The notes: generated by a model not told the origin, from the sequence alone. 64,000 nt of DNA from Eledone cirrhosa (GCA_964016885.1 OZ024750.1:36208001-36272000), one strand, 5' to 3'. Numbered from the stretch's first letter, positions 37,600 through 51,052 are shown. Made by a program: numbers and translations.

Positions 37600-37870
37600 T
37601 CAGGTGTAGTGTTGGCTAATTTCAGGAAGAATGGAGGTTTTGAAGGATGCAGTGTCTCGACATCTAACAACTGATGGAGGTAGTTTATTCCATGCTTCAG
37701 CAACTCTGAGAATGAAAAAATGTTTCCGAAAGTCATGGGAGCTGTACTGTTTTCTGACTTTGTAGGCATCTCCACAGGTGTTAGACACATGGAATTCAAA
37801 AAGGTGCTCAGGGGTGTTGTTGGCAAGATGGTTAATAATTTTGTGGGTGTTTACCAAATTAGTTACCAGA
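37600..37870 (-). mobile_element. CR1-like LINE 3' ORF fragment
   Basis: RKHFF.LRVAEAWNKLP.SVV......SFK; reverse complement of 47045-47314. Confidence 0.75.
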
Positions 37871-38204
37871 CAATTATGTTTCTTTTAAATATAATAGGAC
37901 TAAGATAATGTAAATATGAACATTTAAAAAAACTGATTAAATATATTTTTTATTCAGTTATGTAAATAACATTACGAATTTTTCAGAATGAAAATATAAA
38001 TGCATATAATAAATACAATTAACTATAGCTAGGAACCTTACAAATATAACACACCAAAATATATGTTCAAAGCTAGAGGGGAAAAAAATGAAGCAAAAGC
38101 AAAAACAACCATCAATTCACCACCAAGTGCGACAATAGGCCACACATCACTCCACAATGGTCAACGGAAATGTTTGAGGCAAGCCAATCTATTTGCAGCA
38201 TTAC

Positions 38205-38580
38205 CATGGCTGATGGTGACGCTAAGGTGCTGAAATAACTAGGCATCCTCTCATACATCACCTGATACCTCAGTAAGGCCAGATGATGGCGGGTCTAAGG
38301 TGCTGTAACAACCAAGTGCCCTCACATACACATCACCTGACACTTTGGCAAGGCTGGGTGACGGCAGGGGCTAAGGTACTGAAACAACCAAGCACACTCA
38401 CGGGCATCTCCTGACACCTCAGTAAGGCCAGGTGATGGTGTGGTTAAAGCACTGAAACAACCAGGCACCCTCACCAGGCGCATCACCTAGCATCTTGGTA
38501 TGGCCGGGTGATGATGTGTTAAAGGCACTGAAACGACCAGGCACCCTCCACCCACACGGGCGGCACCGGACACCTCAGTA
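38205..38580. repeat. Degenerate ~62-bp GC-richer tandem repeat (~6 copies)
   Basis: ggtgatgg...aaggtgctgaaacaaccaggcaccctcac...catcacctgacacctcagtaaggcc. Confidence 0.75.
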
Positions 38581-38860
38581 AAAGAAATATTCTTGGAAAA
38601 TCTAAGTGACTGTTAGAATAATTTTATGTCAAGGTTACATGATAAAACAGCAAATATCTGAAAATGTGAATATTTTTATTTCCCTAAGTTTGAATAGCTT
38701 TATAGATCCAACTAAGGCTTTAGGTCTTCATGCATCAGTTATTATGTGAAATTTATAGCAAATGTAATACGTATTTTATATGTAAACCTGCCTGGAATAT
38801 AATTTCTCTTTTAATAAACATTTCTGAAATGGCATATATATATATATAAATATATATAAT

Positions 38861-38915
<55 letters not shown>

Positions 38916-39148
38916 CATATGTTTTATGTCTTGCACACTGACTACATACTATGCAAAATAAAAATATTTTGTATTAGCAATTCATGTTGAGTTTGTCAAA
39001 GACGTCGTTGAATTTGTAATTGTTATGAATAAATAAATATGTAAGGTAGAAATATAATGTTTTCTAGACTATCAATAAATAAATAAATAATGAAAAATTG
39101 ATATTTTGGAGCAGGAAATAGGTGATTAAATCATTCTTTCTTTTTTTT

Positions 39149-39374
39149 TTAACCTTTTAGCATTTAAGCTGGCCATATCTGGCCAGAATTCTCTCACTCG
39201 TTTCTGTTCAAACCAGTCGTAACTGGCAACTCATACCAATGTTAAGGTATTATTCTCAAAATAAATATGAAAATCTCATAGATTTGATATTATGTGAGAT
39301 ATGTACGTGAGGTAAAGCCTTTACTGTGAAAATACAATAGTAAATATAGAGTAATGTGAATGCTAAAGGGTTAA
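39149..39374. mobile_element. piggyBac-like MITE
   Basis: TTAA|ccttttagcatt...aatgctaaaggg|TTAA. Confidence 0.85.
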
Positions 39375-40224
39375 ATCTATTTCTGGAGGATGAAAAGCAA
39401 AGTTGACCTTGGCAAGCTTTGAATTCTGATGTAAAAGTTCTTGACTAAATATTGCACAACATTTTGTTTTATGCTCTGATACTTATATCAATTCATAATA
39501 CCAAATTATAACATAGGTACTAAGAGAAAGAATGATTGGTTAATTCTTCCATTACCATATTTCTAATGAAAAATACTGCCTATAATTTTCAAATAATTTT
39601 GAAAATAATCAAGAATTTAAAAGGATTTTATAAAATAACTGAGACCCCATTTGCTCATAATAGTCAGAGACGGGGAGGGCGAATGAGATGGAGGCGATGA
39701 CAGTGGGTGTTTGACTCCTCTGTGTTCGGACCTGGTGTCCAACAAATTGTAAAAAGCTTTACAAAATGCATAGTTAAAATATCTAACTTCTCCAGAGTGT
39801 TGCTGATGTCATGGTCACATTGACATCTGTAAATATTGGCAGCTGTATCTTCTTTGACACCATTCTAAGCTAGTAATTAAAGGAAGCTCAGCGGAGGAAT
39901 TAATTGTATAAAATGTATGTTTTCCACTGAAAAACAGTACATACACTTATTATAACGGAGTTACATTTCTGTATTAGCAAATAGTAACTAACTTACTCAT
40001 GATTAAACTGGTGTTTAGAATATAACTTAACAAAGGTTCTTACATAAAATTATGGTGGAAGATATTTAGATAAATATAAATACTTTAAAATAAACAGTTT
40101 AGTATCATAAAACCAAGAACTTGTAAAATAAAAAATGAAAATAAATTTTTTCTGATGCTTTACCAATTCTCTTAACTGAAACCAAGTTATATAAAAATAT
40201 AACTTACATTATAAATAAAATTTT

Positions 40225-40490
40225 CCTACTAATTTTCCTACTAAATTATTAAGGCATTCATTAATTACCCTACTAAATTATTAAGGCATTCATTAATTGT
40301 CCTACTAAATTATTAAGGCATTCATTAATTACCCTACTAAATTATTAAGGCATTCATTAATTGTCCTACTAAATTATTAAAGCATTCATTAATTGTCCTA
40401 CTAAATTATTAAGGCATTCATTAATTGTCCTACTAAATTATTAAGGCATTCATTAATTGTCCTACTAAATTATTAAGGCATTCATTAATT
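40225..40490. repeat. 32-bp minisatellite (~8 copies)
   Basis: Unit cctactaaattattaaggcattcattaattgt. Confidence 0.9.
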
Positions 40491-40963
40491 CCTTCAAAAT
40501 GATTTGGTTTTATGCCAGATATTTTTGCAAAATTATAAAAAAAAAAAAGATATTTGGAAAAAATGTAAATAAACTTGAGTATGTTGCTAATTATGTTAAT
40601 TGAGCATTGATTAACTGAAAATCTATACTGATTATTCAATGAAACATGAAAGAGTTTGATGATATTCTACTTCAGGAAGAAAGATATTGTTTCATTTGAG
40701 AAGCAAAATAAATGTTCATAATTGGAAGAGTTGAATTTTTTTTTTTTTTTGTCTATTGATTGCATATTGTAATAGTAACAATGTCTTCTTACTTTGGAAT
40801 AAAGTTACAAAGTTATTGGCAAAGTAGGTAAAAATTAATTAGATTGACACCAGAATATAACTGGTTCTTAGATTTACCAACTTCATAGGTATAAAAGATA
40901 AGTTAAGCCAAATTATATCTTAATCTTAAAACATAAATAAAAGGAATCATTAGGTTCCTCTCT

Positions 40964-41260
40964 GCCTAGGTGTGTAGTCATTCAAATGTAGGGGGTTAGT
41001 GCCTAGGTGTGTAGTCATTCAAATGTAGGGGGTTAGTGCCTAGGTGTGTAGTCATTCAAATGTAGGGGGTTAGTGCCTAGGTGTGTAGTCATTCAAATGT
41101 AGGGGGTTAGTGCCTAGGTGTGTAGTCATTCAAATGTAGGGGGTTAGTGCCTAGGTGTGTAGTCATTCAAATGTAGGGGGTTAGTGCCTAGGTGTGTAGT
41201 CATTCAAATGTAAGGGGTTAGTGCCTAGGTGTGTAGTCATTCAAATGTAGGGGGTTAGTG
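40964..41260. repeat. 37-bp minisatellite (8 copies)
   Basis: Unit tgcctaggtgtgtagtcattcaaatgtagggggttag. Confidence 0.95.
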
Positions 41261-41296
41261 ACAAAGGAGAAGGACAAGACATAGAGAGATTATAAT

Positions 41297-41500
41297 TCAA
41301 GGAGAGAGAAGATGATGGTTGATGTCACTTTTGAATGTTTGCAAATTATAGTTAGGGGTTAGGAAAGCAAGAATCTTGAAGAGAATTCCATTGGTGGGGT
41401 GTGCAAGGCAAGAAACTTTCAGAAGAGAATTTGTGATTCCATTTCGGAACTTCAACTGTAAGTGGATGAATCTTCGCCACCAATCTAATGTTCTGAGGCA
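41297..41500 (-). mobile_element. Degenerate Jockey/CR1-group LINE 3' end
   Basis: ...PNYNLQTFKSDINHHLL* C-terminal signature. Confidence 0.4.
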
Positions 41501-42126
41501 ACAAAGATGAAAACTCAACGGAAAAACTCCTATAATGTTGATATTGTTCATGTTGTTGTCATTAGTGTTGTTGATGTTGTTGCTGTTGTTTTTTTTTTTT
41601 GATAGCAGATAATGTTGTTGTTAATATAATTATTGATAAATTTGTTGCTGTTTTGGTGATGGTAGCAGTGTCAAAAGTGTATTTTCTCTCCCATTAAAAA
41701 TTAAAAGTTTTCGTTTTGGTCCATTTGGCTTTAGCTAGTGCCAACTGATGTTAAAACAGTGTAAGTGAAAATTATGTCAGTCACTGTTAGTACTGCAAAT
41801 TGGTTATTATTGAGAGAAAGATGGAAAGGCAAAGCTGGTGACCACTCTCCTCCCTTCCACCAGATTCTTAATTTATCAGCACCATTTTGATGTCATTTAA
41901 AAAAAAAAAAACATCTAATAAACAGATTTTTAAATGGCCAAATTACCACTGATGACCAAAATTCAGGGTAGTTTCTTCTATAAAATTAGAGTATTTGACG
42001 TTCCTCACAATGTCTTAGTAATAATTTCCAAAGACCCCCTACTCCCATCATAGACAGGTAGCATGTGGCAAAACTCTGGAGCTATAGGGATACACAATCA
42101 ATGTAAACAAGTAATAGTAGCAGTAG

Positions 42127-43058
42127 TAATAATTGTTTCTACTTTAGGCACAAGGCCAGCAATTACCCAGTGCATTACTGGTACTTTATTTTATCGACCC
42201 TGTAAGGATGAAAGGCAAAGTTAACCTCGGCGGGATTTGAACTCAGATTGTAAAGGGACGTGTAATAATAACCGATACCAGGACTTAAAGTGGGAGTTAA
42301 AAAGGATTTGGAACTGCCATGAAATCAAGGTCATCCCGATTGTCATAGGCGCACTAGGTACTATCTCAAAGAGTTTCCAAGGATGGTTAAAGAAAATTAG
42401 TCCAGCCCCACTTTTTGGAACACTTCAAAAGGCATGCTTGCTGAGAACAGCAAGAACCCTCCGATACGTCCTGAATATCTGAGGCTGCACGTAGCGGCTT
42501 GATTTCAACAAACTTTCCAGTTAAATAACATCAATGACTGAGACTCAAAGAACAATAATAATAATAATAATTGTTTCTACTTTAGGCACAAGGCCAGCAA
42601 TTACCCAGTGCATTACTGGTACTTTATTTTATCGACCCTGTAAGGATGAAAGGCAAAGTTAACCTCGGCGGGATTTGAACTCAGATCGTAAAGGGACGTA
42701 ACTATGCTGGAAAGCATAATCCAACCCTCCACCGATACTGCCAATCCACCGCCCTTATAATAATAATAATAATAACTATTTCTACTTTTGGCACAAGGTC
42801 AACAATTACCCCAGTGCATTACTGGTACTTTATTTTATCAACCCTGTAAGAATGAAAGGCAAAGTTAACCTTGGCAGGATTGGAACTCAGAATGTAAAGG
42901 GCCAAAACTCTATGCTGCAAAGCATAGTGTCTGACGCTCTACCAATACTGCCAATAATAATTGTTTCTACTTTTGGCACAAGGCCAGCAATTATCCCAGT
43001 GCATTACTGGTGTTTTATTTTATTGACCCCATAAAGATGAAAGGCAAAGTTAACCTCG
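42127..43058 (-). mobile_element. Cluster of four SINE A copies
   Basis: Copies at ~42127-42261, 42565-42755, 42775-42955 and 42958-43058. Confidence 0.85.
42262..42570 (+). pseudogene. R4/Dong-like 3' end with (AAT)n tail
   Basis: RYQDLKWELKRIW...VIPIVIGALG...LQKACLL.TA..LR.VL* then short UTR and (aat)n. Confidence 0.8.
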
Positions 43059-43305
43059 AGATTAATGTAAAATTGATACCAGTTGTGATTGGGGCATTAC
43101 AGTCAATCCCATTGAAATTCCAAGACTTTTTAAAGAGATTGGGAATACCTGGAAAGATCGGTGTTTTACAAACATCAGCTTTGAACGCATCTTATGGAAA
43201 GTATTATCTGTCTGAATTCCTTGTGACTGGACAAATAACTAAATAACTCTGCTGCATTTTCCATCTACACTACCTGACACAAGGAATAATAATAATAATA
43301 ATAAT
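43059..43305 (+). pseudogene. R4/Dong-like 3' end (second family)
   Basis: VKLIPVVIGAL...LKRLGI....VLQTSAL; (aat)n tail. Confidence 0.65.
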
Positions 43306-43940
43306 GATGATGATGATGATGATAGATGAATAAATAACTAAATATTAGTACAAATATTCATGAAGAGATTATATTTCAGAGTTGCACTGAGTGGCAAGTG
43401 ATCTGATATTGTATCAGCAAAAATCACATTAACCATTTAAACATATTGTTGAATGGGAAATATAATTGATTATTTTCTGAAAAACTTTTGACTTTTTTTC
43501 TTTCTTCTACAACTGTGTTACTGTGCAATTCATTTAAGTTTTACAATAATACCATAGCTCTCCGATATAGATTCTACCTAGCTTCCAAATTTAATTAGGA
43601 TTTATTTTTATAGATAATCAACAAAATATTCAATATTATATATAGTATTTTCTAAATTTCTCTCTCTATATATATACATATAGACTTTAAACGATGATGA
43701 TTATATATATATATATATATATCAGAGATAATCAAATATACCACCCATCCTTTGGTATACTTTTCAGTTTTAATATTATTTTGTATCATTAGTGTACAGA
43801 ATATATCATTAAGTATGAAAATATTTCTTCATACATCTATGACCTGCTAACTGTTTGTTACTCTACTGTTTCTCATAGACATCTCTGTTTTTCTTGTAAA
43901 CAATTATTAAATTTCTGTTGAAATAAGAAAGAATTCATAG

Positions 43941-44167
43941 TTAACCCTTTAGCATTTACATTACTCTATATATATAATTATATTTTCATGGTAAAGGCTT
44001 TACTTCACATAAAATCTCACATAATATCGAATCAATGAGATTTTGAAAGTATTTATTTTGAGAACAATACCCTAACATCAGTTTGAGCAACCAGTTACAG
44101 CCAGTTTCAACAGAAAGAGGTAGAGAATTCTGGCTGGTTTTGCCCAGTTTGAACATTAAAGGGTTAA
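43941..44167. mobile_element. piggyBac-like MITE
   Basis: TTAA|ccctttagcatt...cattaaaggg|TTAA. Confidence 0.85.
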
Positions 44168-44732
44168 AAGAGTGAAGTGACTAGCGCCACCTTGCCCAGG
44201 AGAAAAAACTAATTGGAGTTACTTCTCTGTGGCCCGTATATAAGGGAGTGTTCTGACGTCACTCAACCTCTCTTACCCACTTACTCTCTTTGCTGGTTAA
44301 CACATTGAGTGCAAGCATGCTAACCTTTTTTCAACCATATCTTATAATTCAGGATTATATCTTGTCATGTCACGAGGCACATTTGTTCACCACATTTGTA
44401 ATACACGGACTACAATAAATGCAAGTTATTTTGATACTCATTTTGAGAAGCTTATCATGCCTCAGTTATTACTTCTAATGTAGTAAGAGATAATTCTCAC
44501 GAAAAGAAATTGTATCAAAAATTCTACTATATCTTATTTCTATTAAATTTCTTTTTGTGAGAATTATCTCTCACTACAATGAATTGGCAGAGTTGTTAGG
44601 ACGTTGGATAGAATGCTTTGCAGTATTTGTTCCGGCTTTCTTCTCTCTGAATTCGAATCTTACTGAGGTCAACTTTGTTTTGCAGCATTTCGAGGTTGAT
44701 AAAAAAAGTACCAGTCTAGTACTCGGGTCAAT

Positions 44733-45283
44733 TCTTCCTCTATATCTATTTCTCACTTCCTCTATATCTATTTCTCACTTCCTCTATATCTATTTCTCAC
44801 TTCCTCTATAGCTATTTTTCGCTTCCTCTATAGCTATTTCTCCCTTCCTCTATATCTATTTCTCACTTCCTCTATATCTATTTCTCACTTCCTCTATATC
44901 TATTTATCACTTCCTCTATATCTATTTATCACTTCCTCTATATCTATTTCTCACTTCCTCTATAGCTATTTCTCACTTCCTCTATAGCTATTTTTCACTT
45001 CCTCTATAGCTAATTTTCACTTCCTCTATAGCTATTTCTCACTTCCTCTACAGCTATTTTTCACTTCCTCTATAGCTATTTTTCACTTCCTCTACAGCTA
45101 TTTCTCACTTCCTCTACAGCTATTTTTCACTTCCTCTATAGCTATTTTTCACTTCCTCTATAGCTATTTCTCACTTCCTCTATAGCTATTTCTCACTTCC
45201 TCTATAGCTATTTCTCACTTCCTCTATAGCTATTTCTCACTTCCTCTACAGCTATTTCTCACTTCCTCTACAGCTATTTCTCA
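44733..45283. repeat. 22-bp minisatellite (~25 copies)
   Basis: Unit cttcctctata(t/g)ctatttctca. Confidence 0.95.
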
Positions 45284-46470
45284 GAAGAATTCTCACTGAA
45301 ATGAAGAATCCTCTTACAAAGATGTATTTTGCATTTCTATCTTTTATTTTAAACGACGTCAACAAACTTAATCTGGAATTCTAGGCCGAAAGCTATCGGG
45401 TGCATAAACTCAAAAGAGCAATCAAAGCTGGAATGAAGGGAATTTTGAGCAATTTCATTAAACCTAATTTACTTTCTGTCATCAATATGTGTGAGATTAA
45501 TGTCAACGATTCAACGGTACACCAACCATTAGATCGTATCTACTTTGGTGCTGTAGCTGAGAGCATTTTACACGACAATTCTACCACCATTGCCCTTGAT
45601 GAATTGCTGACCTTCCGACAGAATATACTACAATTCTTTGTTTGTCTTTGAAACAAAATGCTAATGTGGTTTTTGTCTTGCCATATGCAGAACAATTTGG
45701 AAGTACTTGAGGCGTTAGAACCAACCAACGTGATGGAGGGAAGGCCGAGGTCAATAATTCCACTTGTTATGCGATTTCCAAGTCTTTGTGATGAGAACGA
45801 TTACGAAGAGATAAATCAGGAATGGCGCTACCTGACGATTCAAGGTTCTTCCTTCATCCTGCACAACGATCCAGAAAAATTTTGGTTTGCTGTCTCACAA
45901 GAGAAGTGTGGCGATGAGAACCGTTACCATCTGCTGTCATCTCTTATGCTTAGTCTTCTTTCTTTACCCCACTCCTCCACAGCGACTGAAAGAATTTTCT
46001 CTGTTCTCCACTCTATTAAAACAAAGAATCGAAATTGTTTGAAAACTTCCACTCTTAACGCTCTTGTTAGGTCGAAATATTTGTTACGACATGTCGACTG
46101 CACGACGTGGGAACCCGATGAACATCTTTGCAAAGCATTATTTCTTACCGGGTCGATAAAATAAAGTACCAGTAATGTACTGGGTAATTGCTGGCCTTGT
46201 ACCTAAAGTAGAAACAATTATTTGAAAAGAATTGGTATAACAGAGAATCTGCTCAGGAAGATGACGTTTCTTTTTGATGCCTTTATGTTTAAATTGTCAA
46301 TAAATGTTGTTAACTTCAAAAATATGTATAAAAAGAGTGTTTTTGATTGTAATTGGGGGATTTAGTAAAATACTGTATGTTTTGGTCAGATTCTGTACGT
46401 TTTGAAAAAGAATTCTGTACGTTTTAAAAAAATATTCTGTACGTTTTGAAAAAAACTTTTGGCAGCACTG
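45284..46470 (+). mobile_element. hAT DNA transposon 3' half (decayed transposase, subterminal repeats, right TIR), with a SINE A fragment at 46145-46222
   Basis: EW...PEKFW...LLSLPHSSTATERIFS...KTKNRN.L (hAT dimerisation domain); 3x attctgtacgtttt; terminus tggcagcactg. Confidence 0.85.
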
Positions 46471-46571
46471 AAAGGGATATAATTATATGCTGCAAAGCAT
46501 GTTGTCCAATGCCCTACTAATTAATGTTAGTCCACCACCCTTAAAGACAATTATATGATGTTGACATCTGG

Positions 46572-46770
46572 TCATCGGATTCCTACTGCCTCTTGACAAC
46601 AGGTCACTGTGCTTTTCAACTTTTCTCTGTCTCTGGCAAGTGTTGGTGCTAGTTTGTGCCACACCTGCACAGCTTTTAGGGTGGATCTCCAGAACTTCTT
46701 TAGTCTACCCTTTAGTCTACCCTTTGGTCTTTTCCAACCCGTTGGCAACCATGACATTGCATTTCTTGCT
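46572..46770 (-). mobile_element. RTE-type LINE C-terminal fragment (different family)
   Basis: AMSWLP.GWKRPKGR.KKFWRSTL...LARDR. Confidence 0.55.
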
Positions 46771-46789
46771 GATTTATTGTTGATATACT

Positions 46790-46982
46790 ATAGATATACT
46801 ATAGATATACTATAGATGAACTCTAAACTCTACTATATATTGATGATATACTATAGATGAACTCTAAACTCTACTATAGATGAACTCTAAACACTACTAT
46901 GAACTCTAAACTCTACTATGAACTCTAAACTCTACTATATATTGTTGATATACTATAAACACTACTATATATTCTTGATATA
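46790..46982. repeat. Irregular short tandem repeat
   Basis: atgaactctaaactctactat / gatatactata units. Confidence 0.75.
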
Positions 46983-46987
46983 CGCAT

Positions 46988-47482
46988 CTACCATACTCTG
47001 AATGCCTGGCTTCCCTGGGCATGGATACATTGAAGCTCCGACATCTGGCAACTGACTTGGTAAACACCCACAAAATTACTAACCATCTTGCCAACAACAA
47101 CCCTGAGTACCGTTTTGATTTCCATGTATCTAACACACGTGGGCATGCCCACAAAGTCAGAAAACAGCACAGTTCCCATGACTTTTGGAAACATTTTTTC
47201 ATGCTCAGAGTTGCTGAAGCATGGAACAAACTACCTGCATCAGTTGTTAGCTGTCGAAACACTGCATCCTTTAAAACCTCCATGCTTTCTGAGATTCGCC
47301 AACACTACACCTAATATTCCCCCTCCATACATATACACACATGTATATCATGACTCATACACTATTCACTTCCCTGACATTTGTATATTATTCTATGTAC
47401 TATACATGCACCTTTGACGAGTTGTAGTGCACCTGAGTACTGTACACAATAATTTCATTATTTATTATTATTATTATTATTA
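46988..47482 (+). mobile_element. CR1-like LINE 3' end with (ATT)n tail
   Basis: LGMDTLKLR.L..DL...HKI...TRGH..K...FF..RV...WNKLP; 3' UTR; (att)n. Confidence 0.8.
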
Positions 47483-48778
47483 AAGATGAAATCTAAAGTA
47501 CTTATATAATAGAACAAAATAAAATCTGATGAACATATGTTGAAGCAATTGTGTTAGAAGTACAATCACTGAGAGTAATTACATAAATAAATTACCATCT
47601 GCTACAAATTTGTCTTAAAAAATGTCTGTTTCTAAAATAAAGGTATCAGATTTCTGCCAAAACACATTATGTTTGAATTGGCCTTTATTTAATACCATAG
47701 CAACATCTAGATCATTAACCTGAAAACTTAAACATACAACACACTAAGAGAAGAAATAACTGTTTAGTGTTTGGCAAAACATTTTAACATTCTACTTTTT
47801 AAAATATCCACAAATAAATATTCCAGAATTCAATATAAAATATAGACAAGGTGTTTTGAATCAGGATTTCTTTGAAATGTGTGTTTAGAAATGATGAACA
47901 GAATTTGAAATTTATGGGAAAGTTAGGTATTTCAATTATTTTACTACCGATAAATAGTCTAAATAATAGGGTATATATGGTCAGCCCCCTTTACAATGTC
48001 TATTTTTTTCGTTAAAGAGGCTTATGCACCATATAATTTAGACTATTTTTCTGTAGCAAAATATCCATTTTCTCTGTATTTCTTTCTTTTTTGTTCTTAT
48101 TGAGAGTACTATAAGAAGTACTATACAGGAGTATTGTAAGGAAGTAGTGTATTGGTAACATATCAGAAAAAGGTCAGAGCTGTGTGAAAACAAAACTAGT
48201 AATAAATATATTTATTTTACCTCATGTGAAGCAAATCTTAGTTACAAAATAATTTGTAACATAATAGAATTACTGCACTTAGAAGAAGCACCTGTTATAC
48301 TTGCTGCCACTGATAGACTAAGATGTTGGTCTATCTTCACACTAGCTTTTTTTTAGTTAGCACATAAAAAATAAGATCTTAATAGGAACAAACATAACTA
48401 ATTGAAAAAAATATATCTTCAGGAAACAACTAGAAGTTGATGATATTTCATGTTATTCAAGCACACTAACAATGATGAATATACATTTCATTAGTGTAAA
48501 TAGTAGAGCTATCATTCATAAATTAGTCATATTTCTTGGACTAGTACCATCTACTTTAAATGATATGCACTTGTGATTTAGTAAGCTGTGATAATGGTTT
48601 CTGATTTAGGCATAATGCTAACAATTTTTGGAGGAGGAGAAAATTGATTAAATCAACCACAGTGTATTACTGCTACTTCATTCTAATGACCCCATAAGGA
48701 TGACAACCAGTTGTTTACATTCAGTTAGACACTTTTATTAAATGCATTTTAGATATTTCTGACATAAAATAAATGTTT

Positions 48779-48814
<36 letters not shown>

Positions 48815-48822
<8 letters not shown>

Positions 48823-48997
48823 TAAAATAACAGATTAAAGTTTAAGCAAGATCCCGTTAAGGGTGAAAGCAGCGATTCTTTGCTTAAACTTTAATCTGTT
48901 ATTTTAATAAATATTTGCTCTACGGTTCTTATATATTTGATATATATTTATCCTTATCGAGCCCTCTTTGGATTTTAGTCTTCAAATTTATTATTAT

Positions 48998-49000
<3 letters not shown>
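48815..49000 (+). repeat. Family H2 unit whose 5' side is replaced by an inverted copy of its 3' side (hairpin 48815-48914)
   Basis: ttattaaaataacagattaaagtttaagcaaga...tctttgcttaaactttaatctgttattttaataa; downstream sequence matches 23130-23235. Confidence 0.75.
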
Positions 49001-49042
<42 letters not shown>

Positions 49043-49305
49043 CATGCGACTTTGGAAGCATCCTATGACGTTGACCAATTTTCCTTTTCGGGTAATGTTT
49101 TCGATGCTCAGAGAATGGGATTGGTCAAGTGCAAGGCCTTTCCCCACTTAAAAACCCTTCAAAGCACAGGCATTGCTTGTTCAGGATATGTTACAGGTTT
49201 GTGCGGCTGGCCATAACCTAAAAGTGCACCATTTTCTGTAATCCGACAAGCGATTGCAATACTCTTAGCAGAGTTTGCAGCCATCATTAAGTTTAATATA
49301 GAAAT

Positions 49306-49357
49306 GGCTTCTACAGGACTAGAACTGTTTCATTCAAAAGAAATCATCAGGAAAGCC
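49306..49357 (-). ncRNA. Type I hammerhead ribozyme, family H1, complete
   Basis: Reverse complement: ggctttc-CTGATGA-t-ttc-tttt-gaa-t-GAAA-cag-ttctagtc-ctg-TA-gaagcc; inverted partial copy at 49372-49410. Confidence 0.78.
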
Positions 49358-50380
49358 TAATTATTTATCTTAAACAGTTCTACTGCTGTAGAAGCCATTT
49401 CTATTTTAAATTTGATGTTTACACTCTACTAATGTATTGAGTACATTACTTACTTTGGTTACCCCTAATTTAACCCAGAAATCATGTATGTGTGTGTATG
49501 TGTGTGTGTGTGTGTTCTCTGTCTCTGTGCATACATAATTTTATTTGAGTATTTACACACTTGTATACACTCATGCACACATACACACTAACAGAGACAC
49601 ATTTTCATATATCTATACATGAAAAGACACAATTATATTTGAAATGGGACGGGTGAATGTGAGAAATAGGAGAAATGGGGGATTAAGTGAGAGTAAGAGA
49701 GAGGGGTAGAAAGAGAGGGAGAAAGAGAGAAAAATTTACTGGGAAAGAGAATCATTAATAATTCAATTGAATCAAATATATTTACCTTGGAACAGTTCTG
49801 TATTTTATTGAACATTAATATATTTATGGTTTAAAAAGTAAGTAAATTAAATCGAAATATGACAGCAAGAATAAGGATAAATTAGAAATTTAGGGAAGAG
49901 CCAATTTAACAAAATTGTTATAGCTAATATTTGATAATGGCTAATGTTATATAGCCACTCTTGTTATTTGGTATATGATGTCTTATCTTAAAAATAACAG
50001 TACAATAAACAGAAAGAATGTAATCCATCAAATGTTAATAATGATAATCTCGGTTTCATGAAGGATCTGACAAATACATTATATAAATATGAAATAATCT
50101 AGTTTTCATGAAAGATCTGCTAAATACAATCTATCAAATATTTAATTAAATTAAATATCTGAAAGTGTTTGAAAGGCTATCAGATTTTTCAGTAATTTTT
50201 CAGAACCTATGATAAATATTATGAATTTTAGGTTTCAGTAAAATAAAACCATTATTTAAGATATGACAATTTTAAGATATGAGTTTTGGTTGTCTTCTAC
50301 CACTGACCTATTTACAGTCATTTTTCTGAACATATGATAAATGTTAGGTATTTTAGTTTTCAGTGAAATAGAACCAATAT

Positions 50381-51052
50381 TTAGCATTTAAACTGGCCAT
50401 ATCCAGCCAGAATTCTCTCAACTCTTTGTGTTCAAACTGGCCCCTCATATTTATGTTAATGTATTGTTCTCAAAATAGATACATCAAAATCTCATAGATT
50501 CGATATTATGTGAAATAATTATGTGAGATAAAGCCTTTACTTCGAAAATTCAATAGTAAATATAGAGCAATGTAAATAAATACTAACGTGTTAAGATATG
50601 ACTATTATAAGCTATGGATGTTGGTTGACTTCTACCATCTACCAATTGCTAAATCCTATCCCTGTTGTTATTCATCCTTTGCACTCCCTTCTTCACACTT
50701 CTCCTGCAGTTAATTATTCCCCCCCCCCCCCCACACACACACACACCAATAACCACCATGGAGCCTCGATTTGACTCTTTAGCATCTAAACAACTAAATT
50801 AACCCTTTAGCATTTAAACCGGCCATATCCGGCCAGATTTCTCTCACCTCTTTCTGTTGAAACCAACTGTAACTTGCTACTCATACTGATGTTAAAATAA
50901 ATAAAATCAAAATCGCATAGATTAAATATTATGTGAGATAGTTGTGTAAGAAAGAGCTTTCTTCGTGAAAATACGATAGTGAAAATACGATAGTAAATAT
51001 AGAGTAATGTAAATGTTAAAGAGTTAACTCTTTAGCATTTACATTACTCTAT
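50381..51052. mobile_element. Two piggyBac-like MITEs (50381-50594, 50799-51027) plus an inverted terminal fragment
   Basis: TTAA|ccctttagcatttaaaccggcc...aatgttaaagag|TTAA|ctctttagcatttacattactcta. Confidence 0.8.
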
